A stretch of 64,000 bases of DNA from Candidatus Poribacteria bacterium (GTDB lineage: Bacteria; Poribacteria; WGA-4E; WGA-3G), in contig OZ240248.1 of assembly GCA_965198235.1 (NCBI GenBank), positions 4,064,001 through 4,128,000 on the forward strand. The letters are read 5' to 3'. Under the pieces are notes generated by a model. The model was given only the letters and a program-made list of their open reading frames with translations. It ran no database searches and was not told the DNA's origin. Of the stretch, positions 20,323-30,418 are shown piece by piece. Positions within the stretch are counted from its first letter, which is position 1, and each line of letters begins with the position of its first letter. The position numbers and the translations under genes are program-made.

Positions 20323-21441
20323 TTAACATGGAACAGGTTTTCGTTGTACATAGCACCGCACAATGTCAATAATGAGTGCGATATCGTTCCGCGCAGATTC
20401 CAGCGCCGTATAACACGGCTCACCTTCTGTGATACACGCATGGAAATGACGTAACTCCTGTACAAACGCGCTCTCCCATTCGACAGCCGGTGTCTTGCTA
20501 TAGGTCGTGCCATCGGGATCTATCCCGTGTATCGTTACCTCTGACAGGATACCTCGTGAAAAACCGGTCGGATAGGATACGATCACGCGTTTGGTATCGC
20601 TGTAGATTTCCAGCGTCTCTTTAAAGTCCCAGAGATCTGGTAAGTCAACCCATGTCGCGACGCAGCGTGCGCCATTCGGATAGCCAAACACGATCGTCAC
20701 ACCGCGCCCATCAGCCCAGACTTCCGCGCTAACTACCTCGCTTGGTGAACCGAGCATTACCCTCAAGCTGTAGATGTCGTGAATCATGCTACCGGCAAGC
20801 AAGTAGAACACTCGTGCTGCCTTGCTTTGGACATCGCTTTCAAATCCCGTTTGTGATAACAGATCTCCGATGGCTTCTGCCTGTGCTTTCTCACGCGCGA
20901 CACCAGCAGGCTCAAATGCGTCCGATGGAACATCGTCGAACCGTTCGACATCAAATTGGCTCAAGTGTAAGCTATTATTCGGATGGAGATGGTTAATCTG
21001 AACGAAGCGGTAACTTTCCATTGCATCCACTTCACGTTTGGCGAGTTGGAAAGCTGGATCATGCACCTTCATATATCCGGCTTGCGCAACGGTGCCTGCC
21101 TCGCGCTGTGCAGCGAGCATCGCATCCATCTCTTGAAGTGAAAAGCAGACGGGTTTTTCAATAAAAACATGCTTTCCCGCCTTAAATGCAGCGAGTGCGA
21201 CTTCCGTCTTTGGGTCGCCATGGCAAAGCAAAACAGCATCCACATCTGTGCTTAGCAACTCATTGTAATCTGTCACATATTGCGGAACATGGAACCGCTT
21301 TGTGACGGCTTGCGCTGCACCCCGCGAAAGATCACAAACGATAGATACCTCAAATTCTCGATGAAGTGCGGTAAGATTGGGGAGATGATGTACTTGTGCG
21401 ATTGCACCACATCCGATAACACCTATCCGTATACGACTCAT
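20323..21441 (-). CDS. Gfo/Idh/MocA family oxidoreductase
   Basis: RIGVIGCGAIAQ, GKHVFIEKP, MIHD; ATG at 21441 with GGAGG RBS. Confidence 0.92.
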   Translation of the reverse strand: MSRIRIGVIGCGAIAQVHHLPNLTALHREFEVSIVCDLSRGAAQAVTKRFHVPQYVTDYNELLSTDVDAVLLCHGDPKTEVALAAFKAGKHVFIEKPVCFSLQEMDAMLAAQREAGTVAQAGYMKVHDPAFQLAKREVDAMESYRFVQINHLHPNNSLHLSQFDVERFDDVPSDAFEPAGVAREKAQAEAIGDLLSQTGFESDVQSKAARVFYLLAGSMIHDIYSLRVMLGSPSEVVSAEVWADGRGVTIVFGYPNGARCVATWVDLPDLWDFKETLEIYSDTKRVIVSYPTGFSRGILSEVTIHGIDPDGTTYSKTPAVEWESAFVQELRHFHACITEGEPCYTALESARNDIALIIDIVRCYVQRKPVPC

Positions 21442-21509
21442 ATCTTTTACCTCCAACAGATAATGCTTTCTATATACGTTTATCGTATCATATACACGAA
21501 ATAGATGCA

Positions 21510-21781
21510 ATGTGTAGTCTTTATGATATAGAGGAGTTATGTCCACGCTTGAGTTCAAAGCACGTCGTCATCCTTGATAATGCGCGTCTTCACAAGACAC
21601 CTCAGACGCGAGAGTTGATAGAAGGTTCAGGGGCGACGTTGATGTTTCTGCCACCGTATTCTCCGGATTACAATCCTATTGAACATGATTTTGCCAACTT
21701 TAAGCGATACCGAGAATATCACCCCGAAAAGTCCCTTGAGAATATTATTCAAATGTCTACTTAATTCTCAAATCTACCATA
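21510..21781 (+). mobile_element. IS630-family transposase C-terminal fragment with probable right end
   Basis: VILDNARLHK...LMFLPPYSPDYNPIE (DDE_3 motif); N-terminus missing; ends ...AATCTACCATA. Confidence 0.85.
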
Positions 21782-21898
21782 AATGACCCTACTGACGACT
21801 GATAACCCCTTGACAAAAAAGCGAATTTCGTTAAAATAAAAAAAATTGTTATTTCACTACATCAATTTGCTCATGCACAGCATGCGAAAGGAAAACTC

Positions 21899-22525
21899 AT
21901 GACACAAACTCCTCCAGAATCCGCAGTCATCCTCTTTGACGGCACAGACCTCAGCAACTGGACAAGTTTAGATGGCAGCGAACCCAGTTGGCAAGTCGAA
22001 GGCGACGCAATGCTCGTCGTCCCACGCTCCGGCGATGTAATAAGCAAGGAAACCTTCACGGATCACTTCGTTCATGTCGAATTCAGGTGCCCCGATATGC
22101 CCGAAGCGACCGGACAGGCAAAAGGCAACAGCGGTGTCTTCCTCCAAGGCAGATATGAAGTCCAAGTCTTAGATTCCTACGGCATCGAAGTCCCTGGGAT
22201 GGGCGATTGCGGCGCAATTTACAACCAGTTCGCGCCTCTCGTCAACGCCTGCAAGCCACCCCTCGAATGGCAGACCTACGATGTCATCTTCCGGGCACCC
22301 CGTTTCAACGACGCAGGTGAGAATGTCGAAGGTCCCCGCATAACCGTTATTCAGAACGGTTTGGTAATCATCAACAACGCGCAGATGGCTGGCACAACAG
22401 GTGGAAGCACCGATCCAGAAGCCGCTACACCGGGGCCACTCCGTCTGCAGGATCACGGCAATGACGTTAGGTACCGGAACATCTGGGCAGTGCCACTCCC
22501 ACTTGAAGGTTCGGACCAGTACTAA
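21899..22525 (+). CDS. DUF1080 / 3-keto-disaccharide hydrolase family protein
   Basis: LFDGTDLSNW, GNSGVFLQGRYEVQVLD, LQDHGNDVRYRNIW; TTGACA-N16-TAAAAT upstream (21810-21837). Confidence 0.92.
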   Translation: MTQTPPESAVILFDGTDLSNWTSLDGSEPSWQVEGDAMLVVPRSGDVISKETFTDHFVHVEFRCPDMPEATGQAKGNSGVFLQGRYEVQVLDSYGIEVPGMGDCGAIYNQFAPLVNACKPPLEWQTYDVIFRAPRFNDAGENVEGPRITVIQNGLVIINNAQMAGTTGGSTDPEAATPGPLRLQDHGNDVRYRNIWAVPLPLEGSDQY

Positions 22526-22600
22526 ATCGCATTTCGATAGGAACTTTCGGTTTCCAGTCGTCAGTGTATTAACCATCAACCGTCAGAGCAGTAATGCGTT

Positions 22601-22750
22601 AAGGAACTTCGATTCCCGACTCTTAACTTATTCCCCCCTGATAAGGGGGGTTAGGGGGGTTACTGATAACTGACAACTCTGTAGGAGGGAACTCCGATTC
22701 CCGACTCTTGCTGACCGCTGATGGCTGACTGCTGACCGCTAACTGATAGA
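22601..22750. repeat. Compound intergenic repeat (GTAG-REP plus GCTGAY heptamers)
   Basis: GGAACTYCGATTCCCGACT occurs twice, plus CCCCCCTGATAAGGGGGG; near-identical motifs recur at 61591-61657 and partly at 56448-56496. Confidence 0.75.
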
Positions 22751-22760
22751 GAGGAACTTT

Positions 22761-23708
22761 ATGGCAAATCAAGATCTTCCCACAATTCCGAGGCGACGAC
22801 TCGGAAGAACGGAACTGAGCATCCCCGTTATTCCGTTCGGCACGCAAGGGTTTGGAAACAACTTCGGCTTCGTCTCAGATGAAGAGGCTGTGGATCTCGT
22901 TAAACACGCCGTGTCTATCGGTGTGAACCACTTCGATTGTGCACGCTGTTATGGGGATTCAATGCGGAAACTCGGTTTGGCGTTGAAGGAAATCCCGCGC
23001 GAGGATGTTATCGTCACCGCAAGGCTCTGTTGCCATTCCGCATCAGATTGGGGTGGCTACGGAGAAGGCAGACCCAACTATTCCGCCGAACGCGCAATCG
23101 CCGACCTCGAAGACCAGCTCGAACTCCTCGGCATAGACTACCTCGACGGTATGCTCATCCACGACCCAGGCGAGATTGATCCTACGCTCGAAAAGGGCGG
23201 CACGCTTGACGGTTTGCTCCAGTGTAAAGCGCGCGGACTCGTACGCCACCTCGGATACGGGATGCGTCCCCACGATTTCCATCTCAAGGCGATGGCAACA
23301 GGTGATATAGACCTTATCCTCTGCTTCAACGACTACAATCTCGTTCGGCAGACCGCCGCTGACGACATCCTTCCCGCCGCCGCTGAAGCCGATATCGGAG
23401 TCATGAACGGCTGGTCGATCCTACGCGGTATCCTCACAGGTGTCGATATTGACGCTGAAATCGAGAGGGGACGTTGGCGTAACGACGGCGATGTGCCACG
23501 TGCCAGAGAAATTTGGAAGTGGTGTCTCGAAGAGGACATCAGTCTGTTGCAACTCGCGCTTCAGTTCTGTCTCCGAGAAGAACGGATTCACGGCAACAAC
23601 ATCGGGAATCTCAACGTTGAGCAACTTGAGGCAAACCTCCGAGCCGCCAGTACCCCGCTACCCGATGAGGTATGGGAGAAATACGAGGCACGCTTCGGAT
23701 CAAATTAG
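22761..23708 (+). CDS. Aldo/keto reductase
   Basis: RRRLGRTELSI, GVNHFDCARCYG, LGIDYLD..LIHDP, QLALQF. Confidence 0.9.
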   Translation: MANQDLPTIPRRRLGRTELSIPVIPFGTQGFGNNFGFVSDEEAVDLVKHAVSIGVNHFDCARCYGDSMRKLGLALKEIPREDVIVTARLCCHSASDWGGYGEGRPNYSAERAIADLEDQLELLGIDYLDGMLIHDPGEIDPTLEKGGTLDGLLQCKARGLVRHLGYGMRPHDFHLKAMATGDIDLILCFNDYNLVRQTAADDILPAAAEADIGVMNGWSILRGILTGVDIDAEIERGRWRNDGDVPRAREIWKWCLEEDISLLQLALQFCLREERIHGNNIGNLNVEQLEANLRAASTPLPDEVWEKYEARFGSN

Positions 23709-23798
23709 CCATCAGGAATCGGCTGTCAGCAGTCGGCTATCAGCAGTCAGTAAGAGGATTCTGATGGCTGATAGCCAATTCGCTGACCGCTGATGGCT
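23706..23798. repeat. Inverted GCTGAY-heptamer array between convergent genes
   Basis: TCAGC-type units followed by GCTGA-type units can form a long hairpin; similar arrays at 24905, 41400-41520, 42601, 56800 and 59467. Confidence 0.7.
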
Positions 23799-24882
23799 AT
23801 TCCCCAATTAACTTCCCCAAAAACTTATGCGTCACACGCGGAAGCGGATAATCCTGCAGTGCCGCAACCGCGACCCACTTCGCATCCCGCGGACCCTTCA
23901 GAACCACCTCACCCGCCTGATAATCGCACTGAAACACATCCACAACAACCTTGAAATGGGTGTAGGCGTGCCTGACACGCGTGAGGGACCGCACATTGGT
24001 AACAGAGAGGTTGACGACATCGGTGATGTGCCGAACACAAGCCGCCTCGGCGGTTTCACCCTCGGTAAGCTGCCCACCCGGAAACTCCCAGAGTCCACCG
24101 AGCAGACCGTCCAGTTGCCGCTGCGTGAGTAAAACCTCGTTGTCCCTATAGATAACCCCAACAGCGAGATGGTGTTCCGGGACAGGTTTCGTCTCACGTC
24201 GATACGGAAACTCGTCTTGCCGTGCCGTGTGGAACGCCTCACAAAACGAATTCACAGGACAAACGAGACAAATCGGCGATTGCGGACGACACACAGTCGC
24301 TCCTAACTCCATCATCGCCTGATTGAAAAATCCCGGTGCATTCGGATCCAAAAGTTCATCCGCTTTCTGCTGAAACAGTTTGGCTGACTTGGCATCGTTA
24401 ATCGGTGCCTCCATCAGAAACAGGCGTGCCAGCACGCGTTTGATGTTCCCATCTACAGCCGCATACGGCGCATTAAAAGCGATACTTTGCACCGCCGCCG
24501 CGCTATAATCCCCGACACCCGGCAATTTCCGAAAGGTCCCATAATCCACCGGTATTTCCCCGTCCAGTTCATCCACAATGATCTGCGCTGCTTTGTGGAG
24601 ATTCCGCGCCCTCGCGTAATACCCCAAGCCTTCCCAGACCTTCAGCACATCCTGTAGCGGCGCGGCTGCCAAATGCTGCACATCTGGAAACCGTGCGATG
24701 AATCGCTCATAGTACCCCACAACCTTCTTGACCTGCGTCTGCTGGAGCATCACCTCAGAGACCCAAATCCGGTAGGGATCATCTGTGTGTCGCCACGGCA
24801 TATCGCGTTGATAAACTTTGAACCACGCCAACAACGCCCCTCGAAAATCTTGGTAGTGTTCAACTAACTTCATCTTCTGCAT
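23797..24882 (-). CDS. mutY: A/G-specific adenine glycosylase
   Basis: WVSEVMLQQTQV, WEGLGYYARARNL, HhH LPGVGDY, VDGN, CxxxxxxCxxCxxxxxC Fe-S motif, NUDIX-like C-terminus. Confidence 0.97.
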   Translation of the reverse strand: MQKMKLVEHYQDFRGALLAWFKVYQRDMPWRHTDDPYRIWVSEVMLQQTQVKKVVGYYERFIARFPDVQHLAAAPLQDVLKVWEGLGYYARARNLHKAAQIIVDELDGEIPVDYGTFRKLPGVGDYSAAAVQSIAFNAPYAAVDGNIKRVLARLFLMEAPINDAKSAKLFQQKADELLDPNAPGFFNQAMMELGATVCRPQSPICLVCPVNSFCEAFHTARQDEFPYRRETKPVPEHHLAVGVIYRDNEVLLTQRQLDGLLGGLWEFPGGQLTEGETAEAACVRHITDVVNLSVTNVRSLTRVRHAYTHFKVVVDVFQCDYQAGEVVLKGPRDAKWVAVAALQDYPLPRVTHKFLGKLIGE

Positions 24883-25118
24883 ATTGAAATCACAGTATTT
24901 TTGGATACTGACTGCTGATGGCTAATCGCTGACCGCCATTCGCAGTAGGTCAGTTTCCTAACCGCACCGGATTACCCAAACCGCTTCACCCCCGCTGGCG
25001 AGGTTTCTAACCTCGCCCTCTTTGTAGGAGCGAGTTGCGCTCGCGATTTTCCTGTACAAGCTGCTTCGTTCGTAGTAGTGCGATTCATCGCACATTGTGA
25101 AGCGCAAGATTACCCAAC

Positions 25119-25838
25119 TTAAAGATCCGTGGCCACCCGAAAACCGACACTATGCAGTCCTCGGATCGGCTCATACGCCGCACGATTGGCAGAGCGCGCA
25201 GCGAACTCCCCACGCGCAATCCACGAACCGCCGCGAATCACCTTACGCCGCCCCTCACTCGCACCCAACGGATTCTCCGCTGGTGAGTACTTATACGTCT
25301 CGGCATGAAACCAGTCGTAGCACCAATCGTAAGCGTTGCCTGCCATGTCATAGCACCCGTAAGGACTCACACCCGATGGATAATTCCCAACAGGCATCAG
25401 CCGCTTATTCCCCGATTCCGATGTGTTCGCTCGACTCGCATCCCACGTATCTCCCCAAGGATACTCCCGAGCATCCGTGCCACGTGCCGCTTTCTCCCAC
25501 TCCGCCTCCGACGGCAAGCGATATTCCACGCCTTCAAATCCGCTGAGCCATCGCAAAAAATTCGTCGCATCGTGCCAACTCACCCCGACGATAGGAAAAT
25601 CGGGCGCGTTGAGATGCGCCTCGTTCCAGAACAGCGGTTGTGGGTTCCCTGTCTCCTCAACAAACTGCGCGTACTGCACATTCGTGACCTGATACGTCCC
25701 GATAGCGTAAGCATCGAGCAGAACACTCCGTTGCGGTTCCTCTGGATCCGTCTTCCGCAATCCAGTCGGAACCGTCCCCATCGTGAACTCACCAGCAGGG
25801 ATATGGATTAAAGGGTAATCAAGTGTATTGATGTGCAT
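25119..25838 (-). CDS. Formylglycine-generating enzyme (FGE-sulfatase/SUMF1) domain protein
   Basis: IPAGEFTMG, RLPSEAEWEKAARG, YPWG, DMAGN, RGGSW, GFRV. Confidence 0.92.
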   Translation of the reverse strand: MHINTLDYPLIHIPAGEFTMGTVPTGLRKTDPEEPQRSVLLDAYAIGTYQVTNVQYAQFVEETGNPQPLFWNEAHLNAPDFPIVGVSWHDATNFLRWLSGFEGVEYRLPSEAEWEKAARGTDAREYPWGDTWDASRANTSESGNKRLMPVGNYPSGVSPYGCYDMAGNAYDWCYDWFHAETYKYSPAENPLGASEGRRKVIRGGSWIARGEFAARSANRAAYEPIRGLHSVGFRVATDL

Positions 25839-25992
25839 GGTAGGTGCGCAGATCCTCTGATAAAAAATTGCAGTAAACTTTCCACTTGCAGTATAACACA
25901 CCTTCTATCTCCAATGCAATCCTCCAACATTATTACATTACTTTCCCAATGACCCATAATTTGACAACGCATCAAGAATATATTATACTTAA

Positions 25993-26114
25993 TAGGGCTT
26001 ACGCAGGCTGCTGTTTGTAGCATAACCTGTTAGGTTGTGCCAGGACCCCGTGTGCGCTTTGTGTCGGTTCGCCCTCTCAGAGAGCGTCATATGATCAAAA
26101 TTGCGTAAGTCCTG
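25993..26114. mobile_element. MITE-like non-autonomous element (122 bp)
   Basis: Terminal IR TAGGGCTTACGCA / TGCGTAAGTCCTG (11 of 13 match), flanked by CTTAA direct repeats at 25988-25992 and 26115-26119. Confidence 0.75.
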
Positions 26115-26122
26115 CTTAAGAT

Positions 26123-26230
26123 ATGCAAATCATCGCCAGAGAGGTCCGAAACTATATCACATCAAACGGGCGGAATCCGTTCCGCGAGTGGTTGACACAA
26201 CTTCAAGATGAACATGGAAACTCTACTTAA
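26123..26230 (+). pseudogene. Truncated RelE/HigB-type addiction-module killer toxin
   Basis: MQIIAREVRNYITSNGRNPFREWLTQLQD resembles the killer-protein N-terminus; the frame runs into the antitoxin and stops after 35 aa. Confidence 0.7.
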
Positions 26231-26534
26231 GCAAACGACCAGTTTTAGAGATGACCTTCTGAAAGACCTCGCAGACATGGAGTTCGCGATGTACTACTTG
26301 GAAGTTGCCCTATCAGACTATAAGGAAGATAGTAATACAGAAGCACTCTGGACAGCACTGTATGATGTTGTAGCGGCACAAGGCGGAATAGGAAAACTCG
26401 CTGAAAGGGCAAAGGTTAATCCTGAACATCTCAACGATATACTCGCCTCTAAACCGGACCCGCGCTTAGATAATCTGCAAAACATTCTTTCTAGACTCGG
26501 ATTTCAGATTCGCTTGGAATTCGCCGAAAGCTAA
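26208..26534 (+). CDS. Addiction-module antidote HTH protein (HigA/HI1420-like)
   Basis: YLEVAL...ALYDVVAAQGGIGKLAERAKVN...L...DPRLDNL..IL..LG. Confidence 0.85.
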   Translation: MNMETLLKQTTSFRDDLLKDLADMEFAMYYLEVALSDYKEDSNTEALWTALYDVVAAQGGIGKLAERAKVNPEHLNDILASKPDPRLDNLQNILSRLGFQIRLEFAES

Positions 26535-26572
26535 CCGTGATACCCGTAACTCGCCCCGATCGTTCATTACGA

Positions 26573-26784
26573 GATGAACCTCGACCTAAATATGATTTGA
26601 GAAACCTACATGTCAAAAAAATAGACCTGAACGCAAGCACTGTGGGAAGTCTGTTGTCTGTTTAGAACCCGACGTTGCTGAGGCATTTCCAGACGCTGCA
26701 TCTGTGAACGAGGTATTGAGATTTTTGATTCAAGCTACCAAAGAAAACAGTACGGCACCACCTCACATAGATGACGGCACTTAA
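26573..26784 (+). pseudogene. Frameshifted BrnA-like antitoxin remnant
   Basis: DEPRPKYDLRNLHVKK / PERK...VVCLEPDVAEAFPDAASVNEVLRFLI, split by a frameshift near 26622. Confidence 0.6.
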
Positions 26785-26828
26785 CATCCTGCATCAAATA
26801 ACCATCAGGACAAAACACTATTTCAGTC

Positions 26829-27025
26829 GTGGATAGAATATGGGAAAAAGTGCCAGCGGTGAGCGAAGAAGAAACACAAGCAGATATTGAACAGGCAATT
26901 GCTGAGGAACGCGCAGAGAAAGCAGGTAAAAGGAGTAAGTTGTCTCCCTGATGCGCGTTGTACTGGATACAAACCAGCATATTAGTGCGATTATTCAACC
27001 TCCGATGTCTAATAAATTACTTTAA
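26829..27025 (+). pseudogene. VapBC-like remnant: antitoxin C-terminus plus PIN-toxin N-terminus
   Basis: VDRIWEKVPAVSEEETQADIEQAIAEERA...* then a TGATG overlap into MRVVLDTNQHISAII, which ends after 24 codons. Confidence 0.65.
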
Positions 27026-27042
27026 GGGAATTTACATCTCGA

Positions 27043-28218
27043 CTATCCAATCTCTTTATCCAACTCCTCCTGACTCATTTCCTGTACAAATTTGAGAGTA
27101 ATTTCCGAGTCTTTTCCCTCTTCAAAAATCCCCTCTTCAAATGCTCTTATCAACACATTACCGCACCGCTTATTCACGTCTCTCGGTGTTCCGCGTTGCA
27201 AGTTAGACAGGAGTGCCCGGAGTGCCTCTTCCGTAAACGGAAAATAAGGTGTTTTTGGCTTTTCTTGGGGTCTGTAGTAAGAGAGAAGCTCACGGACATA
27301 TTGCAGCATCTTTTCTTGATCTTTCATTTCGTCAAAGAAAACATGTCGAGTAATCCGGTCAGTGAGATAACCTCCAAGAATCAGTTCAATTTCTTCATAC
27401 TCCTCCGGCGAAGTAAGCGTGAAATTCATGAAAAGTGTGAAGAAATAGGGAAGCCGATCTACGAGTTCACGCAATCCTTGTCCAAAAGGCCGGTATTGTG
27501 GCGGTGTAAAATAAATGAAATTCTCCATTTCATCAACCCATAGGCAGAATCGATTGTGCTGGGCTACATCAGTGGATTCAGATAACCCTATAAGACAGTG
27601 AAAAACGCCTGCCAATACCCGAAAATAGTCTTGCGTTTTCGCAATGTTTCGGTTTAAGCCAAGTTTTCGCAATTCCGTAGTCGTGCATTTGCCAAGGAAG
27701 TAGGCACTTAACAGCGAACTAGGCCCCGGAGAGATTGGTGAATCTTCAAATAAATTAAGCAATGCATTCGCGAAATCACCACTCACCATAATTTGACGAA
27801 GGTTTCGTTCAACTATATCCCGCCCAATAGATTCCACATTTTTTTTCACTGCCTCCGCTATTCGATCAAGTCCAATCTGTTCCATGACATCCAAATAAAA
27901 ATCCCTTGCAGGATTCCCAGCTTCGGTAGGTGCCTGAACTCTGAGAACCTCCACATTCTGGACGCTCGGTGATGTCTCAGGAATATTTTTGTCGGAACTA
28001 AAGAAAAGTGAAGCATGTGTTTTACCTCCACCAATAGGACCTCGGCATAACACCACCTGCGTTGGTGACGATGCTTTGGCTTCCCGAAAGACCCTATTAA
28101 ATTCACCTCTGATCACATCCATACCTGCCCAAATTACCTGTTTAGGGTCAGTTGGAGGACTAATCGTAAAGGGGTTTTCCCGTAAACAGGCTATATTCCA
28201 ATCAACCAAGAATTTCAT
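27043..28218 (-). CDS. P-loop AAA+-type ATPase (candidate defence effector subunit)
   Basis: ENPF N-terminal motif, Walker A GPIGGGKT, Walker B LWVDEME, YFPFTEEA...GTPRDVN; ATGA overlap with the upstream gene. Confidence 0.8.
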   Translation of the reverse strand: MKFLVDWNIACLRENPFTISPPTDPKQVIWAGMDVIRGEFNRVFREAKASSPTQVVLCRGPIGGGKTHASLFFSSDKNIPETSPSVQNVEVLRVQAPTEAGNPARDFYLDVMEQIGLDRIAEAVKKNVESIGRDIVERNLRQIMVSGDFANALLNLFEDSPISPGPSSLLSAYFLGKCTTTELRKLGLNRNIAKTQDYFRVLAGVFHCLIGLSESTDVAQHNRFCLWVDEMENFIYFTPPQYRPFGQGLRELVDRLPYFFTLFMNFTLTSPEEYEEIELILGGYLTDRITRHVFFDEMKDQEKMLQYVRELLSYYRPQEKPKTPYFPFTEEALRALLSNLQRGTPRDVNKRCGNVLIRAFEEGIFEEGKDSEITLKFVQEMSQEELDKEIG

Positions 28219-28850
28219 GACTTACCTCGTTTTCTCACAGATGGCAAAACTTTAAGCATACTCTCTAATTCCTTGAGACAATCGCGACACTTACTAAGAC
28301 GCTTCGTCATCTCCTGTTGCGTTCCGGCAATATGAGGATTTATAAGTCGTAAAGCCGAATCAGCCTGAGCGTACGACCACTTTGGAAACATAACAAGATA
28401 GATATGCAGCAGCAACTCCAGCGAAGTCCAAGTTCTTGTTGTTTTGAAGCGATTCTTGTACCAATCAATCAGACCTCGATGTGCCTTCATGTCGTCTGTC
28501 AACATAATAACTTGTCCTGCATATCGTCTCCGAACCAGATAAAGCGCAAGCGCACAGTTATAACGTTCTCCACGATTGTTAGATGGGTTGCCATTTGGCG
28601 AAAATTTGTTAAAAATCAAGTCCTCATAATCCTGCTCATGGGGAAAATATCGCCTCGCTTGACGCACGAATTGTAGCATCGGTTTGTCGTAGCATCCTAA
28701 TTTATTTCTATTTCGCCTGATTTCGTGTGGAATTTCTCGTGAGACTTGCACATTGAACAGTTGATTTAAAATATCAATAATGTGGGATCGGCCTACGTAA
28801 ACCTCATGTATGTTTATGAGCGAAGATGTATCAGGAATCAGAATATCCAT
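28215..28850 (-). CDS. PIN-domain-like putative nuclease
   Basis: MDILIPDTSSL...RGERYNCALAL...MLTDDMKA reproduces the PIN acidic motifs; start taken at ATG 28850. Confidence 0.65.
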   Translation of the reverse strand: MDILIPDTSSLINIHEVYVGRSHIIDILNQLFNVQVSREIPHEIRRNRNKLGCYDKPMLQFVRQARRYFPHEQDYEDLIFNKFSPNGNPSNNRGERYNCALALYLVRRRYAGQVIMLTDDMKAHRGLIDWYKNRFKTTRTWTSLELLLHIYLVMFPKWSYAQADSALRLINPHIAGTQQEMTKRLSKCRDCLKELESMLKVLPSVRKRGKS

Positions 28851-28860
28851 AAGCCTTGGG

Positions 28861-29958
28861 TTAAGTTGGCAAAAAAATAAGATATGACTCATTTTCACGG
28901 TGGGAAAACCGGACTGCATACTGTGTATCAGGCTCTTTAGAACACGCGTCTAGATCCGCATGAAGCTCCTCAAGGTTCACCGCGATTCTGTTATCCCCTG
29001 TGAGAAGGAGTGCCATATAAATGAGTGCCGGATATAAAGAAATCTTCGGCGTAGGTGTGTTCCGGAGCGTTTCAAAGGCTTGAAAAGTGAGTTTGTGAAG
29101 CAGATATTTTTTTTCTAAATCATGTATTTCTGTCCATCGTCGATCAATTGTGCCCATAAGGACCTGTGCAGCAATGCCAAAGAATTGCTCCCGCAACCAC
29201 ACCGGACTTGTGTGAAAAGTCGGCATTCCTTGAATGTTCGGAAGAGACCGAGAAAACTGAATCCCCATCTCTGTTAATCGAGACCGTGTTTCCCCGTCAT
29301 TCTCAACTGAGACCAAACCAAGGTCTGCCAACCAATGAATCCGCGGTGGTACAATATTTTCGATAGAACGTCTTGACCCTTCCTTCCAATGTGACACGCG
29401 GTTCCGGACTGCCAAGATGTCACGTGCTACATGCTCTTCCGCTGTCAGCATACGGGCTTGCAATTGTTGCAGATAAAACGCGGGGAAAGCGTTTTGCAAA
29501 TCGGATAGAGGTTGAGAACGCTTTCCTACCAACATTCTAATAATTGTGAGCAGTTGATCGCTATCCTTCAAAAGAAGCCAATATAGATACGCACAGCGTT
29601 CCGCGTTCGTCAGTTCAAACGGATTTTGATGAGGAGCTCGACACAGAAAAGGGAGCAATGCCTTTCCAAATCGAGTCACACGGTACGCGCCAGCGATTCT
29701 ACCGACGAGGCCCAACGAAACTGCCAAATTAGTGTAGCGTTTTGGACCCGTTTGCCCGCGTGTCGCTTTAATAAAGCCCTGTTGATTCGCGTAAGCCATC
29801 AAATTTTTCTCACGATCAAGGCTCCATTTTTCAAGCCGAGTATAAAGCATAGATTCGCTTAATGTACTATGCTCAAGTAATTGTAGAATTGCAGAGACAT
29901 AACCTAAGCGGCGAACAAGTACATTAATGTCTGTGATTCCAGCTTCATATTTAGGCAT
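28861..29958 (-). CDS. Hypothetical protein with two winged-helix-like motifs
   Basis: LGLV...YRVTRFG and WLADLGLV...LTEMG resemble wHTH wings; first gene of the operon. Confidence 0.6.
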   Translation of the reverse strand: MPKYEAGITDINVLVRRLGYVSAILQLLEHSTLSESMLYTRLEKWSLDREKNLMAYANQQGFIKATRGQTGPKRYTNLAVSLGLVGRIAGAYRVTRFGKALLPFLCRAPHQNPFELTNAERCAYLYWLLLKDSDQLLTIIRMLVGKRSQPLSDLQNAFPAFYLQQLQARMLTAEEHVARDILAVRNRVSHWKEGSRRSIENIVPPRIHWLADLGLVSVENDGETRSRLTEMGIQFSRSLPNIQGMPTFHTSPVWLREQFFGIAAQVLMGTIDRRWTEIHDLEKKYLLHKLTFQAFETLRNTPTPKISLYPALIYMALLLTGDNRIAVNLEELHADLDACSKEPDTQYAVRFSHRENESYLIFLPT

Positions 29959-30108
29959 TTGGCAACCTGCCTGTCAGGGTGTAACCATGAAGAAACTTAG
30001 TCAGACAAAGGGAACAACGACCCACCATTTGGAGGGTCTATCTAACTATTAGTATTGCAGAAGTACGAGGAAACTTCTTAACCACGCGCTACTACAATCA
30101 AGAATAAT

Positions 30109-30137
30109 AGTATACCAAATTTTCCAAACAATCTCAA
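30109..30137 (-). promoter_or_regulatory. Sigma70-type promoter for the three-gene operon
   Basis: Minus-strand TTGAGA-N17-TATACT with extended -10 TG. Confidence 0.55.
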
Positions 30138-30381
30138 GAAAAAGATTAATAATCTACGGGCATATAGCTTTCGATCTATAATTCTTAAGTTCAGAGTAGT
30201 GTAATTCCGGCAGTAATGGCAGTGCTACGGAATACTGCTCTCCTGATATTGTGCCTTGAAATACAAATTTACTGTGCCGATGATGCGTTATTTCGCCTCA
30301 TATTCACAGCAGACGCTCGCATTCATCGAAAACGATTTTAAGACTAATTGTTCCTGACACTTCGCGCATGTCCAATGCACG

Positions 30382-30411
30382 TTGACTTCTTTTGAACATA
30401 TAAAGTATAAT
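30382..30411 (+). promoter_or_regulatory. Sigma70-type promoter for sspB (probably leaderless mRNA)
   Basis: TTGACT-N18-TATAAT ending 7 nt before ATG 30419; no SD sequence. Confidence 0.55.
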
Positions 30412-30418
30412 AAGTTAT

